Shown: positions 28,044 to 41,399 of the stretch, piece by piece
Numbering within the stretch: position 1 is the first letter of the stretch
Layout: each line of letters opens with the position of its first letter
From: Octopus sinensis
Lineage: Eukaryota
DNA: 64,000 nucleotides
Direction of reading: 5' to 3'
Assembly (NCBI RefSeq): GCF_006345805.1
Contig: NC_043001.1
Coordinates: 110,174,001 to 110,238,000, forward strand
Translations under genes and position numbers: made by a program
The notes under the pieces: model-generated
Told to the model about the DNA's origin: nothing
Database searches by the model: none
The model's input: the letters and a program-made list of their open reading frames with translations, nothing else

Positions 28044-28423
28044 GGTGGCATTCCGTCGGTTACGACGACGAGGGTTCCAGTTGATCCGATCAACCGAACA
28101 GCCTGCTCGTGAACATAACGTGCAAGTGGTTTAGCATTCGATAGACACGTGTACCCTTAACGTAAGATCCCGGGGAAATTCAGCGTGACACAGAGTGTGA
28201 CAAGGCTGGCCCTTTGAAATACAGGTTCAGCAGAAACAGAAAGAAAGAGAAAAAATTGTGGTGAAAGAGTACAGCAGGGTCCGCCACCACCCCCTGCCGG
28301 AGCCTCGTGGAGCTTTAGGTATTTCCGCTCAATAAACACTCACTACGCCCGGTCTGGGATCAAAACCGCGATACCACAACCGCGAGTCCGCTGCCCTAAC
28401 CACTGGGCCATTGCGCCTCCACC
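28044..28423 (-). mobile_element. family A SINE, full length
   Basis: tRNA-like head with A and B boxes; 3' end ...GTCGTCGTAACCGACGGAATGCCA. Flanked by GT(G/A)TTTAGCTTT (28032-28043, 28424-28435), a likely TSD with one mismatch. Confidence 0.9.
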
Positions 28424-28534
28424 GTATTTAGCTTTAGTTTAAACACAAATGTTATTCGAGATTCTGTTTAATTTTATATTACACTATCTAAATAAAATGA
28501 ATATTTTAGTGCTATTTGCGAAACTATTTATATA

Positions 28535-28708
28535 TGTATGATACAGTTTTGAACTTACATCTCATCATACCTTCCCTAACTAATTCTTCCCTTACATCGA
28601 TTCATACAATATTCATCTCTTAGAAAGAAGTTGGAAAGAAGAAAAAAGAGGGGAAGAGACTGAGTGTTCATGTCGGTCGTATCTCTGTATTGAACAGTTT
28701 CAGGTGCG
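28535..28708 (+). repeat. left arm of a ~175-bp inverted duplication
   Basis: Reverse complement of 30175-30350, with few substitutions. Confidence 0.9.
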
Positions 28709-29070
28709 CAGAATTTTTCTGATCAGTCAGTTTAATTTGGTAGGTTAAATGTTCTATTTTCCCCTCACAATTCTTTGCAGAATTATATTCAGCTCCTGAA
28801 ACTATGGTCAGATAAAAACTGGTAAGATGGTGTCTTTGGGAACGTTGTTTAACAAGTAGGATCCAGAGTGGGTAATCGAACGCTGTAATAACAGCTAAAT
28901 CTCCCTTGTATTTAACACTACTTCCCAAACTGAAGTAATGTAATTCCTGATAGGCAGAAGCGTTATATTAATCGTGTGGTCATATTGAGGGACTGATGAT
29001 TTAAAAAGAATTTAGTTGAACAAATCAACAATACTAATTTCTAAGTAAGTTTGGTACATAAATTGATACA

Positions 29071-29497
29071 GTGAAACTCCGACGTCTGGCAGCTGACTTA
29101 GAAGACACACATAAAATTATTAACCATCTTACAAACAATAACTCTGAGCACCTTTTCAAACTCCATCTGTCTAACACCCGTGAACATGTTTACAAAGTCA
29201 GAAAACAGCACAGCTTCCATGACTTTCGGAAACATTTTTTCACGCTAAGCGTTGCTGAAGTATGGAACAAACTGCCGGCATCAGTTGTTAGTTGTCGGAC
29301 CACTGCATCCTTCAAAACTTCCATGCTTCCTGAGATACACCTTATTTTCTCTCCTCCATACACACGCAAGCATGTATCTGACTCATACACTGTTCACTTC
29401 CCAGACATTTGTACATTACTGCATATACTTTATACGCACTTTTGACAAGCTGTGGTGCACCTGAGCACTGTATACAATATTTTCATTATTATTATTA
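29071..29497 (+). mobile_element. 5'-truncated CR1-like LINE 3' end
   Basis: ORF reads LKLRRLAADL...THKII...LFKL...TREHVYKVRKQHSFHDFRKHFFTLSVAEVWNKLPASVV...FK, the typical CR1 'RK.FFS.RVV..WN.LP..VV' tail. Ends in a (ATT)n tail. Confidence 0.85.
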
Positions 29498-30072
29498 CTA
29501 TATTAAATTGAACAGGTAAACTTGCCGAAACGTTAATCTACAAGGGCATAAACACACCAACACCGGTAGTGAAGCGGATATATTATAGTGAGATTTATAT
29601 TGGATATTTAACCGGATGTTAGATAATTAATTGTGTGGTTGAGTGATAACGTGTGCCGCTATCAAGCATTCGACTTAATATCCAGTATGAATACTTTAGA
29701 TAAGATTCGGCATTACGGATATTTAATTGTGTACACTTTGATAAATTCATCCAGTCTATTGACATATATAAGAATGCATATCATTCTGACTTATGTGTTT
29801 TTGACGACTATATTAATACACTCACATGTACATACACACACACATGTACGTATATGTATGTATATATACATATATATATATATGTGTATGTGTGTGTGTA
29901 TAAATACATCTATCTATCTATCTATATACATATATATATAATATATATGTATGTATGAATGTATTTATATATATCTGTGTATATATAAATATAAATATAA
30001 ATATATGCATGTATATATGTATGTATTTATATATATATATATATGTCTATATATACATATATATAAACATAC

Positions 30073-30154
<82 letters not shown>

Positions 30155-30174
30155 TATATATACAACATATATAT

Positions 30175-30347
30175 CGCACCTGAAACTGTTCAATACAGAG
30201 ATACGACCGACATGAAAACTCACAGTCTCTTCCCCTCTTGTTCCTTCTTTCTAACTTCTTTCTAAGAGATGAATATTGTATGAATCGATGTAATGGAAGA
30301 ATTAGTTAGGGAACGTATGATGAGATGTAAGTGCAAAACTGTATCAT

Positions 30348-30350
<3 letters not shown>
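30175..30350 (-). repeat. right arm of a ~175-bp inverted duplication
   Basis: Reverse complement of 28535-28708; embedded between (TA)n and (CA)n/(TA)n tracts. Confidence 0.9.
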
Positions 30351-30417
<67 letters not shown>

Positions 30418-30556
30418 GGGTAAACGTTTTTTTAATTTTCTCTTTCAATTTCAGAATTACAACTATTAGCGGTTTGAGTTTGGCTGCTCTTTCTAGTGAG
30501 TCGAATGGCCTATTATGGCCATTCCTTATATTGTTGAATATATATATATTATATAT

Positions 30557-30685
<129 letters not shown>

Positions 30686-30730
30686 GTAAATCTCATATGT
30701 CTATAGACATTAAATGAAAAAATAGGCGTT

Positions 30731-31126
30731 ATCTCTATATATGTAAATCTGAAGTTGTCTGTGTGTGGCAGGTTTGGTAGCCTTCAACTAACACTATCTC
30801 TTCCGAGACCCTGCGGCGCAAGTTGACCAAAATTGAGGGTATGACAGAAGAAGGCTTGCTCTTCATTTCGTAGAAGATAAAATTCAAATCGGACCATGTT
30901 AACACCAAAAATTATATACATCAAAAAGGTGCTTTTTTTTCTCTGAAAATCCCTGTTTTTTACGATTATTTGACTGCTGTGTCGCCATTTATCGGGTGTA
31001 TTTCAACCAGAAAAATGTTCACTTAGAGAGAATAATAAGCTACATAATGCAAAAGTTTTACTTTTCAAAAATTCCAATTCTAAAGCGTCGAAACAAATCC
31101 GAGCAACGCCGGGCGATACTGCTAGT
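30731..31126 (-). mobile_element. non-autonomous Helentron/HINE-like element
   Basis: Minus strand starts ACTAGCAGTATCGCCCGGCGTTGCTCGG (same 5' end as 49011) and ends ...CACACAGACAAC...TTTACATATATAGAGAT, as in DINE-1/HINE-type termini. Confidence 0.65.
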
Positions 31127-31476
31127 TATAATTAAATGTATACATTTTATTAGAAGGATGCAGTAAATAACTTTTAAGAAATATTATTTATCTGAACAAT
31201 TCTTTTTTTTATTTATGCCAATTTACCTAACACTGGATTTACATATACCCTTTTATCAGATGAATGAGTAATACAGTTGAACTGAACAGACGGTTTTACA
31301 TCATATGACTTGTTAACTGTCGTGAGTTATAATCATAAATATTTCCTTCACATTTCATCGATTATTTCACCGTATAACTGTACACATTTGCGTCAATCAT
31401 TCTCAATTTTATAATACAACCTTTATAGTTTCGATGAAAATACATTTCCATGGTTACTTTTAATGGATCCTCTGAA

Positions 31477-31610
31477 CTCTGTATTGAACAGTTTTAGGTA
31501 CGTAGTATTTTTCTTATCAATCAGTTTAATTTGGTAGGATAAAATGTCCCTTTTTCCCACACAATACTTGCAGCCTTATACTCAGCACCTGAAACTGTGG
31601 TAAGATGAAA
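31477..31610 (+). repeat. diverged direct copy of 28682-28815
   Basis: 'ctctgtattgaacagttt.aggt.cg.ag...tcagtttaatttggtagg...ttgcag..ttata.tcagc.cctgaaact.tggt' aligns along the whole length. Confidence 0.85.
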
Positions 31611-31769
31611 AAAAACATTTTTCACACTGGTTGATGAGAATTATAGGCGACGAAGCAAATACGCCTGCATTGGAAAACTTGCTACAGAATCAATGACTCA
31701 CATTTTCTTCCTAAAGTTTAGATAGATATTTTCGTCTATTTTCTCACTCTCTTTTCTCTTTCTCCGACT

Positions 31770-31833
31770 GTCTGTCTGTCTGTGCTCTCTCTCTGTCTAT
31801 CTTACTCTCTCTCTCTCTCTCTCTCTTTACCTC

Positions 31834-31897
<64 letters not shown>

Positions 31898-31943
31898 ATT
31901 TATCTAGCTATCTACTTAGCTACCTGTCTGTCTGTCTGTCTCG

Positions 31944-31974
<31 letters not shown>

Positions 31975-31975
31975 T
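31770..31975. repeat. (CT)n/(CTAT)n/(CTGT)n compound microsatellite
   Basis: Directly visible. Confidence 0.95.
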
Positions 31976-32059
31976 TATGTATATATTTAAATTTAGTGGT
32001 CAGCCCTCTCATATGTACATAATACAAATGTATATTATACACACATACACACACACACG

Positions 32060-32100
<41 letters not shown>

Positions 32101-33687
32101 GAAATGCACACACATATACACACACTACATACATACATACATGCATGCATACAGAGGTATAAATATACAAGTAGACATAACTATAGAAGCTTGGGCGTGC
32201 GTCTCGTCTGTTAGATGCGTCGTATATCGACGTGCAGGGACGAATACTGAAATAAGAAATTTGCAAGAACCAAATGAATCATCACTGAAATACATTTGAA
32301 TTTATTTCAATTAAACATTTTACTGCAACCAAATAATTTTCGTTGTTCGTTAGTCTTTTTTCACATACAGACACATATGTACACGCGCATATGCAAACAT
32401 ATACACACATAGAGATGTGTGTATATGTGCGTGCATGTATCTGTGTCAGTGCGTAATTGGCTTTTAATTTTCCCGATTACATTCGTGTTATTCACTTTTA
32501 TATATATATATATACGCATATACATAACCTACTACTACATCAAGTGTCGGATTGAACTCCTTCCCATGTGAATTATCTGAAAATAGATAAGGTTTCTGGT
32601 CAACTGCTACACTATTGATTACGATAACATCGCGTTACTAAGGACCGATTGATTAATTTCCCACCTACAATCTCTCCTCGGATCGATGGATACTCGCGAG
32701 AGATAATATTCTCTTTATACTGCATTGATACATTAATTTTTCTGTTCGAATATTTCCACCTCACTTTGTATCATTCAATATCTTTCAACTTTCTTTTCTA
32801 CGCTTTTATACCACATCTTCCGCTTTTGTATACATTTCTTATTCCCCTACTCATTCTATGACTCTGTTGAGCTTCGTTTTTGTGAATCTTTATAAGAAAA
32901 TAGTATGGCCGAATAATTAAAAGATCTTGAATTCATGAGGTTCTGTTTAGATCTCATTGTTCGGTATCGCATTTACCGTAGCTTCAACTTGACCCATATG
33001 TCCTGGGTGAGACTGAGTGGACGGGGATTACGTACAGGCCAGTTAGTTGGATTATCCCAGTGACACAAAGATGATGGAAACGGTGTGTTGTGCTACGTTT
33101 TACACAGCCTGGGAATAAAGTAAGAGCCGTAGCGATTGTGGATTACTCAGAGAATTGCGGTGAAATTGTATGAGAGGTCATTTCATCGAGCAAATGGAAA
33201 GTTCATTGCACGTAAATGCATATATACACGGAGACAGACAAACGAATAGAGAGAGAGAGTAAAAGAGAGAAGGATAATGAGAGATGAAAGGAAAAAAAAG
33301 AGAGAGAGAGAGAGAAGGAGAGAAAGAGAGAGGGGTCCTAATAGGCGTAGGTGACATCTGTTTTGTGACATAGAAACACTTTTAAAAGAAATTGTTCTCG
33401 ACACGGTGCTTCCAATTCGAGCACCGTTAAACGTTTGTGCGTGCATAAACCTGTTGTGATTGATTCAAAAAACCGCTATATGTATGTTTGTATATATGTA
33501 TGTATTTGTATATGTATGTATCCATGTATCTATGTACGTGGGCATAAAGGCATACATATATGTAAATGTGTGTTTGCGTACATATAAACACATACATACA
33601 TGTGTGTGTGCGTATATATATAAATATATACATACATATATATACATTAACTTATATAATACATAAAAATATATACATATATGCACG

Positions 33688-33726
<39 letters not shown>

Positions 33727-33775
33727 TATATATATATTATATATATATATATGTATTTATATATATATATGTATT

Positions 33776-33850
<75 letters not shown>

Positions 33851-35104
33851 CTGAGAGAGAATGGGGTTAAAATGACTCGATAGACAGATAGAGATATGCA
33901 GTAATGTGTGCACATATAAATGAATGACAAATGAAAGGGTGAAAATGAGGGCAACAAGCAATGCCTACCGATTGCTGTTTACCCGAAAACATTGTTAGTC
34001 ATTTCACTATCCTTCTATTCAGCAAAAGGCTGACTTCTCATTAGATACTGTTGCATTAGTTTAGCTCCACGTTAAATTTGATCGACTATTGTTGTGATCA
34101 TTTGATTTCCAACTGTGAACAATCTGTGTTTTCCTTTATGCAGAGAGCCCTGGATAGTATTACTTAACGTGAGTGACCACGTACATGCACATTTTGGTTC
34201 TTTCTTAGTAGTTATCGCTTCGCTAGAACAGCAGCTAAACTTTTCTTCATGTCCCATCCAGTAATATTATACAACGAGGGACATATACAATGTGTTCTAC
34301 AGTTGCACCACAACTGAAACGCTTCGTAAAGCCCAGCTCCACTGAGTCTTCTGCTACATCCTTCTACCCATCGGTAGCTTCATTGTTCATTCCCTATACT
34401 TTAAAATGACGAAGGGCATTCTCTCGCTCGGAAACGATTGGGATTCCACCAGAATATTAAAAGCGATGTAATTATCGATGTCTAACATGATATTATTATT
34501 TTTAGAATTCAATTAAAACATCCACAATATTTAACTGCTATTTTATTTTATCAACTCCCAATCAAAGGCAAAGCTTCCTTGGCAAGCTATGAAGTGAAAA
34601 TGCGAAGAAACGTAACTGAATATTTCAAACTATTTTATCCGGTTTTCAAGCGAGCCAGTCCCCGCTGCTATATTCAAGACAGCAATGCATTTATAATCAC
34701 ACTCATCCGTTTAATTACTATTAAAACTATCATATACGAGGAAAAGGAAATTTTATACATTAAGATTTCCTGAGCGAAATATTTTACGCATTTTCAAATA
34801 GAAATCGAAACCAGGCCAGAGGAATTATCTATGCCTCTATCAGTCACAAAATGTTTGTTTCAGAAAGACCCTGGTCTATAAGCAAAAAGGTACAAGTATG
34901 AGCCATTTAAGGGGAGCGTTTGGTGGTCACATGATTCATGATAAATATGAATTAAATTATCCTAAAATTTGAAGGGAAGGACATATTTGATTTGATTTGC
35001 AGCAACGTGATTTCGGCTTAGGTCTCACTGCGTGAACCTGAGGTTGCTATCCTCTCTTATCAGTCTAGGCTGCCCAATGCTTTATAATAGGTTGGGCGGA
35101 AACT

Positions 35105-35340
35105 GTGAGGAACCCTGCAGCCTATGTGTGTGTGTGTTGCTGTTTCCGTGTTTGTCTACCCGCACACCACTTTGAAAACCGGTGTTGTTTTGTTCACGTC
35201 CTCGTAATTTGGCAGTTCAGCAAAAGAATCGATAGAAATAAAGTAGAAAACACCAGGCTGATAATTATGTACCTAAGTCGATTTGTTCTACTAAAATTTT
35301 CAAGGCAGAGACTCTGTTTGATTGCGGTCCAGTGACTGAA
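35105..35340 (+). mobile_element. diverged 3' half of a family C-like SINE
   Basis: 'aaccggtgttgttttgttcacgtcctcgtaatttggcagttcagcaaaagaatcgataga' is the reverse complement of the family C body. Confidence 0.6.
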
Positions 35341-36744
35341 TTGATTCACGATAAAGAATGGGAAATATCAAGGCTGTAATGCTTTTGATCATTTGTAGAC
35401 TCCAGAAGTGTTGACGCGGGTCGAATAAACAATAATAGAATCAAACAACTTGAGTCTATTGAAGATATTCTTTCCTGTTTGGTTATACTGTTTCATATTA
35501 TACTGGTTTCGTCGCTCTATTAAACATTACTAACTGGGCCTTGGATGACGTATGTGGAAGAGTCCAATTTATTGCAAGCACTTGGGACAGGCCTAACCAT
35601 TCGAAGAAGCCTTTTTATTTCCATCACACCAACGATACGCAATGAAGGAAATTATGTGTACTGTGTACCATGCTTGTACCATGTCTGAAATTGTAGTGTA
35701 AGCCTAACTCTCATAAGTTTATATCTGCATGTATCAATCCATTGATAAATAAAGACTGCAAAGAGAAATGGGCACTTCCTTCACTGCAGAGTAATAGATC
35801 AATATAAAAAAAACAAAATTAACGATCAGCCATAAGTGAGAAATCATTGCTTAGATCATTACATCGAACAACATACAAACTATACTCTACATCCATATCG
35901 TTTGCATTTGGTGATATTTTTGTTTTTCTCAATAAGCGTCTGTGGTGGTGGTGGGAAAATCTGTTAATGTTTTTGTGTACGAGTGCATACGCATGTGTGT
36001 TTTAAATCTTTTCTCGGTTTGTTTGATTAAATATTTTATGTTCTCAGAATAGTACAACATGAATGAATGCATAAGGCGTGGCAGTAAAGATATGAGTTTG
36101 GGTTTCCTAAAACTTGTATTAGAGAAATAATAAATATTATATAATCTACGTATCGATTGAAATATCGACTGGAAGAGCCGGTATTTATTTTATAAAACAA
36201 TGGCAACACGCATTAACGTGAGGAGAATCTCCTAGCTAGCCTATATTTCTTTATTAGGGTAAATCAACTTCTATTATATAATCTTTTATGTCGATGTCAG
36301 GTTTGTTAGCAAACACTTTCCCTGTCAACTTCTGATGTCATTTCCTATATTTGCATCAAATCATACGTTTTCCTATATCTATTTTCTCCCTTGTGATGGT
36401 ACTACTTTTCTACACAATCCATTTTGCAATGGCTGAGTACAAAAGTAAAGAAGAAAGAAAGAAAGAAAGGAAGAACGTGAACGATATTCAATTTCAGTGT
36501 TTAGTTTCCATTTATACTTTATTAATGAGTGGCGTAAATGCAATAATCTCGATGCGATTGTATTAAAGCAGTCAATTTCTTTCCCGTTTGATGTCGATGC
36601 AGATGTTATTAACGTTGTATTTATATTTATATTTAGCATCAGGTAAGCCCTTATCGAACAGAGCTTAGAAGATAGAAGATATTCCAGGCGTAACAAACCT
36701 GTTGCTTTTACTGGATGGATGTGATCTATAACTACACTAGCTGA

Positions 36745-37161
36745 AAGGCGGCGAGCTGGCAGAAACGTTAGAACGTCGGGCGAAATGCGTAGACGTTTTT
36801 CGTCTGCCGTTACGTTCTGAGTTCAAATTTCGCCGAGGTCGACTTTGCCTTTCATCCTTTCGGGGTCGATAAATAAAGTACCAGTTTGGCACTGAGGTCG
36901 ATGTAATCGACTTAATCCGTTTGTCTGTCTTTGTTTGTCCTCTCTGTGTTTAGCCCCTTGTAGGTAGTAAAGAAATAGGTATTTCGTCAGCTGCTACGTT
37001 CTGAGTTCAAATTCCGCCGAGGTCGACTTTGCCTTTTATCCTTTCGGGGTTGATAAATTAAGTACCAGTTACGCACTGGGGTCGATGTAATAGAGTTAAT
37101 CCGTTTGTCTGTCCTTGTTTGTCTCCTCTGTGTTTAGCCCCTTGTGGGTAGTAAAGAATTA
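36745..37161 (+). mobile_element. dimeric family D SINE-like element with 18-bp TSD
   Basis: Two monomers, flanked by a perfect TATAACTACACTAGCTGA at 36727-36744 and 37162-37179. Confidence 0.9.
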
Positions 37162-37674
37162 TATAACTACACTAGCTGATGTGTCCATCTTCTTTTTAAA
37201 CAGTGATGAGTGAGATTTGAAGATTTGACTGGCGTTTCATGTGATTTCTCGTGAGTCAGATGACCACATAATGACTCTACTGGTATCCACTCTATTGTTG
37301 CTTCCCTTTCTTTCCGTCGGTGATGATGGTTGTAGACATGGTGGCAGTGGTGGTGATGTTGGTGGTAGCGTCTCTGTTATTATATTATTGTTTAGCTCCA
37401 ACACAAACCTGACCGAAGAAACTCATGATCTGATCAAAGCAATTAGAAATTTTAATGAGCTTGTCCGTTACTTTTGTGTCCTTTATATTTTAATACGGTA
37501 ATGGGGCAATTTTACAGAGATGTATTTATTAGCTTGAGCTGCTCGCCCGTTTCGCAAACACTTTCTCGTTAGTCTGAAAGTTATTTAAAACAAAAGAAGG
37601 TCCAGATAATTTATTGTTCATCGAAGCTACTTTTTAAACAACTTGTTATAAAAGGGATATATTCTTTTACTCAT

Positions 37675-38070
37675 TTACTCGTTTCAGCCATTGGACTACG
37701 GCCATGCTGGAGCACCGCCTTTAGTGGAGCAAATCGACCGCAGGAATTAATATTTTTGTAAGCCCAGTACTTATTCTATCGGTCTCTTTGTCGAACCGCT
37801 AATTGATGGGGACATAAAAACACCAGCATCAGTTGTCAAGCAATATTGGGGGACAAACACAGACACACAAACATACACACACACATATATATATACATAA
37901 GCATATATACGACGAGCTTCTTTCAGTTTCCGTCTACCAAATCCACTCACAAGGCTTTGGTCATCCCGAGACTATAGTAGAAGACACTTGCCCAAGGTGC
38001 CACATAGAGCGACTGAACCTGGAACTATGTGGTTGGTAAGCAAGCTATTTACCTCACAGCCACTCGTACG
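37675..38070 (-). mobile_element. family C SINE
   Basis: Colinear with 1301-1690. Confidence 0.85.
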
Positions 38071-38091
38071 CCTATATACACATATACATAT

Positions 38092-38139
<48 letters not shown>

Positions 38140-38155
38140 ATATTATATATATATA

Positions 38156-38192
<37 letters not shown>

Positions 38193-38213
38193 AACACATT
38201 GCCTAAATACCTA

Positions 38214-38443
38214 ATTGTTTACTACCCACAAGGGGCTAAACACAGAGGGGACAACCAAGGACAGACAAACTGATTAAGTCGATTATATCGACTCCAGTGC
38301 GTAACTGGTACATATTTAATCGACCCCGAAATGATGAAAGGCAAAGTCGACCTCGGCGGAAATTGAACTCAGAACGTAGCGACAGACGAAATACTGCAAA
38401 GCATTTCGCCCGGCGCACTAACGTTTCTGGCAGCTCGCAGCCT
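38214..38443 (-). mobile_element. family D SINE-like monomer
   Basis: Reverse complement of one monomer of 36745-37161. Confidence 0.85.
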
Positions 38444-38589
38444 TGAGAAATTAGAAAGAAAAAAAAAACAGAAAGGAGAAAGCTAATTTGAAGACTACAG
38501 ATCCAGTCCATCACTAGATCTGTAAAAATTTGTAAAACTTTCCAGAAGTTTATCATTTAAATATATATGACCATGTCTAGGTATGTAAC

Positions 38590-38762
38590 TACATGCATGA
38601 GAATAAATACATAAAACATACATACATCCATCCATACATCCATCCATACATACATACGTATGTACATACATACATACATACATACATACATACATACTTA
38701 CATACATACATACATACATACGTACGTACGTACATACATACATGCATACACACATACAAACA
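38590..38762. repeat. (CATA)n microsatellite
   Basis: Directly visible. Confidence 0.95.
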
Positions 38763-39252
38763 AACAAAATTGTCCTGTTGTTGATGTTGAAATTCCAATG
38801 AATCTAGATTAGAAATCGGTTCTCTATTGGCCAGAAATATTGAAATAAGCTGAATAATGACATAAATATATACATACATACATAGATACATACATACATA
38901 CATGTATGTATATATATATATTTCTAATATATTAATCTATATATGGATTATATTTCCTATGTTTATTTTATATGTAATAGAGTCATTTTGCTTTGCTACT
39001 ACGCAGTCACACACGTTCATTGTTTACGTTTAGCCCCACAGATTAGAGAACCGTGCCAAGAAACATATTTATAACAAAGGAATTGGATTCAATTGAGATG
39101 GAACAAAACAGTCTCAGTGTATTTTCAAATCGAAGGAGTCGGAAGAATCTAATAACTTTGGAATTCATTATCAGGAATTATTTTAAATGTTTAGTTGGAA
39201 TATTTTATTCTGTTGTACAAAGTATTTTCCGCTGTTAAGCAGTGTCGATGTT

Positions 39253-39559
39253 TGTTCATTCTCGAGCTATGCCTGGCTCATAAGTGCGGTTTCCCGGTTT
39301 CCTTGGCGTATAGGTTCCCCACCTGGACGGGACACCGTTCCGTTGCAGGTGAGCTACAAGATGCAGGAAGAACGTTTGAGAGGAAGTTGTGGCGAAAGAG
39401 ACTGCTTAAGTTCGCCATTACCTTCTGCTGGAGTCGCGTGGAGCTTAGGTGTTTCGTTCATAAACACAATAAACACACACATCGCCCGGTCTGAGATTCG
39501 AACCCGCGATCCCTCGACTATGAGTCCGCTGCTCTAACCACGAGCCCATGCGCCTTCAC
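39253..39559 (-). mobile_element. family B SINE
   Basis: Colinear with 6452-6751. Confidence 0.88.
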
Positions 39560-40136
39560 TCAGTTAAGCAGTACTCTTTAATAATCCATTCTACTGCAGG
39601 CACAAGAGGGAGTTAGTCTGTTATATTGACCCCGAAGTACAACTGGTATTTATTACAACTTTTTTTCTTCTTTGTCCGGCGTACTAATAATGATTCACTA
39701 AGTTCGTCACCTTGGAGTACACTTAAATAGCAAAATTTGCTGTCAGCGTTGGAGTCTTCCTCCAGGTCAAACACCGATCGAGCTGTCATAATCAATAGTA
39801 TTGTACCTGCACCAGTTTTATATATGTGAAGCATATAAAACTCAAAATATTACATGGATTATAAAGCAACGGAAAATGAAAATTAAAAGAACATATATCG
39901 TCTTCCTGTAAATTGATATAAAATCCATCAGGATGTCCTTACTGCGTTTAGCTGTATTACGATACAAAACGCATGTTAGTTGTGTATTACAAGTAAATGT
40001 CATATTTTGTCTGTCTCTCTTGTCTGTATTTAACGCTTCTCTGTTTATCTTCAATTCAATATGAATGCCATGCAAATACACACACACACTCACACACACA
40101 CACACAAACATATATAGGAGAACTACGGTGGCGGTG

Positions 40137-40709
40137 GTTATCGCCAAGCTAACATGGCAGTCCAGAAAAATAGGACTTATGCTGCCGTTGATTAGCTCCA
40201 AGAGGCCATCGCCTCTAGCCAGCTATGTGACACACAAACCTGTGTCCATTATAACCTTCGAACAGTGGAGGTCAGAAGCTTCCTCCTTGCTGGTCTGGCA
40301 TCCACAGACTAGTTCCAAGGTGTTTGCCTCTTATCAATGTGGAGTAGCCGAACCCAGAAGGCGTCGCTGCTGACCGACTGTTCGAAGAATTATTTACCTA
40401 AATTCAGTGGAAACAGAAAGCCAGTGGATGGATTCCACTGAATTTAGGTAAATAAATTCTTCGAACAGTCGGTCAGCAGCGACGCCTGCTGGGTTCGGCT
40501 ACTCCACGTTGATAAGAGGCAAACACCTTGGAACTAGTCTGTGGATGCCAGACCAGCAAGGGGGGAGCTGCTGAACTCCCCTGTTCGAAGGTTATAATGG
40601 ACACAGGTTTGTGTGTCACATAACTAGCTAGAGGCGATGGCCTCTTGGAACTAATGAACGGCAGCATTCGTCCTATTTTTCTGGACTACCATGTTAGCTT
40701 GGCGATAAC
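40137..40709. repeat. long foldback: ~276-bp inverted arms with a 20-nt spacer
   Basis: 40137-40412 is the reverse complement of 40433-40709; by hand I count 14 substitutions and 1 indel. Confidence 0.95.
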
Positions 40710-40753
40710 TATTAATATGTATACTTTATATATATATATATTATATATGCATA

Positions 40754-40806
<53 letters not shown>

Positions 40807-41399
40807 TACCGTTCTGTTAAAAGGAGATCAACAAGGTACTCTATCCGGTGAGAGATATCATTTGAGAGCAGTAGACACAAGAAGTGTTATAAAAACCTGC
40901 CTTCGCTACGTGTCTCCATTGCAGGACACTATAAGTACCTCGTATTTTTATAACTGCATTCATCAAACGAGATATATATGCATATACCTATATTCACACA
41001 CACGTATGTATGTGTGTATGTATACATACACACATACACACAGCATTTAGAAAAAGTTTTCGTCCGTTAAAGAAATAACGCGTTGCAGCGATGCTTAATA
41101 TTTCCGGCAATCAGGAATTTAATAGTTAATATTCCACAAAAAGTAAACATACTCTATTTTTATCTACGTCCAAATTTTCCTGCTTAATCTCCAAACTCTA
41201 TGTGATAAACGGTAATACGGTATGCATGATAAATCTGTCACCCTGTCAAACTTCGCTACTTTTACGTTTGAGGATATTTTGGCCATTACCCATATATATT
41301 TGCGAAGCAATTTCCTAATTACTGAACCAACAGTAAGTTTTGTTAAAGCGACATCAGTCCTCTTTGGTCTCTCGTTATTTTACATCAGTGAAAAACAAT

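Noticed and set aside
34144-34168. 25-nt segment between a polypyrimidine/CAG acceptor and GTGAGT (EPWIVLLN in one frame)
   Set aside because: Good splice signals can arise by chance in 64 kb, and there is no second line of evidence or recognisable partner exon.
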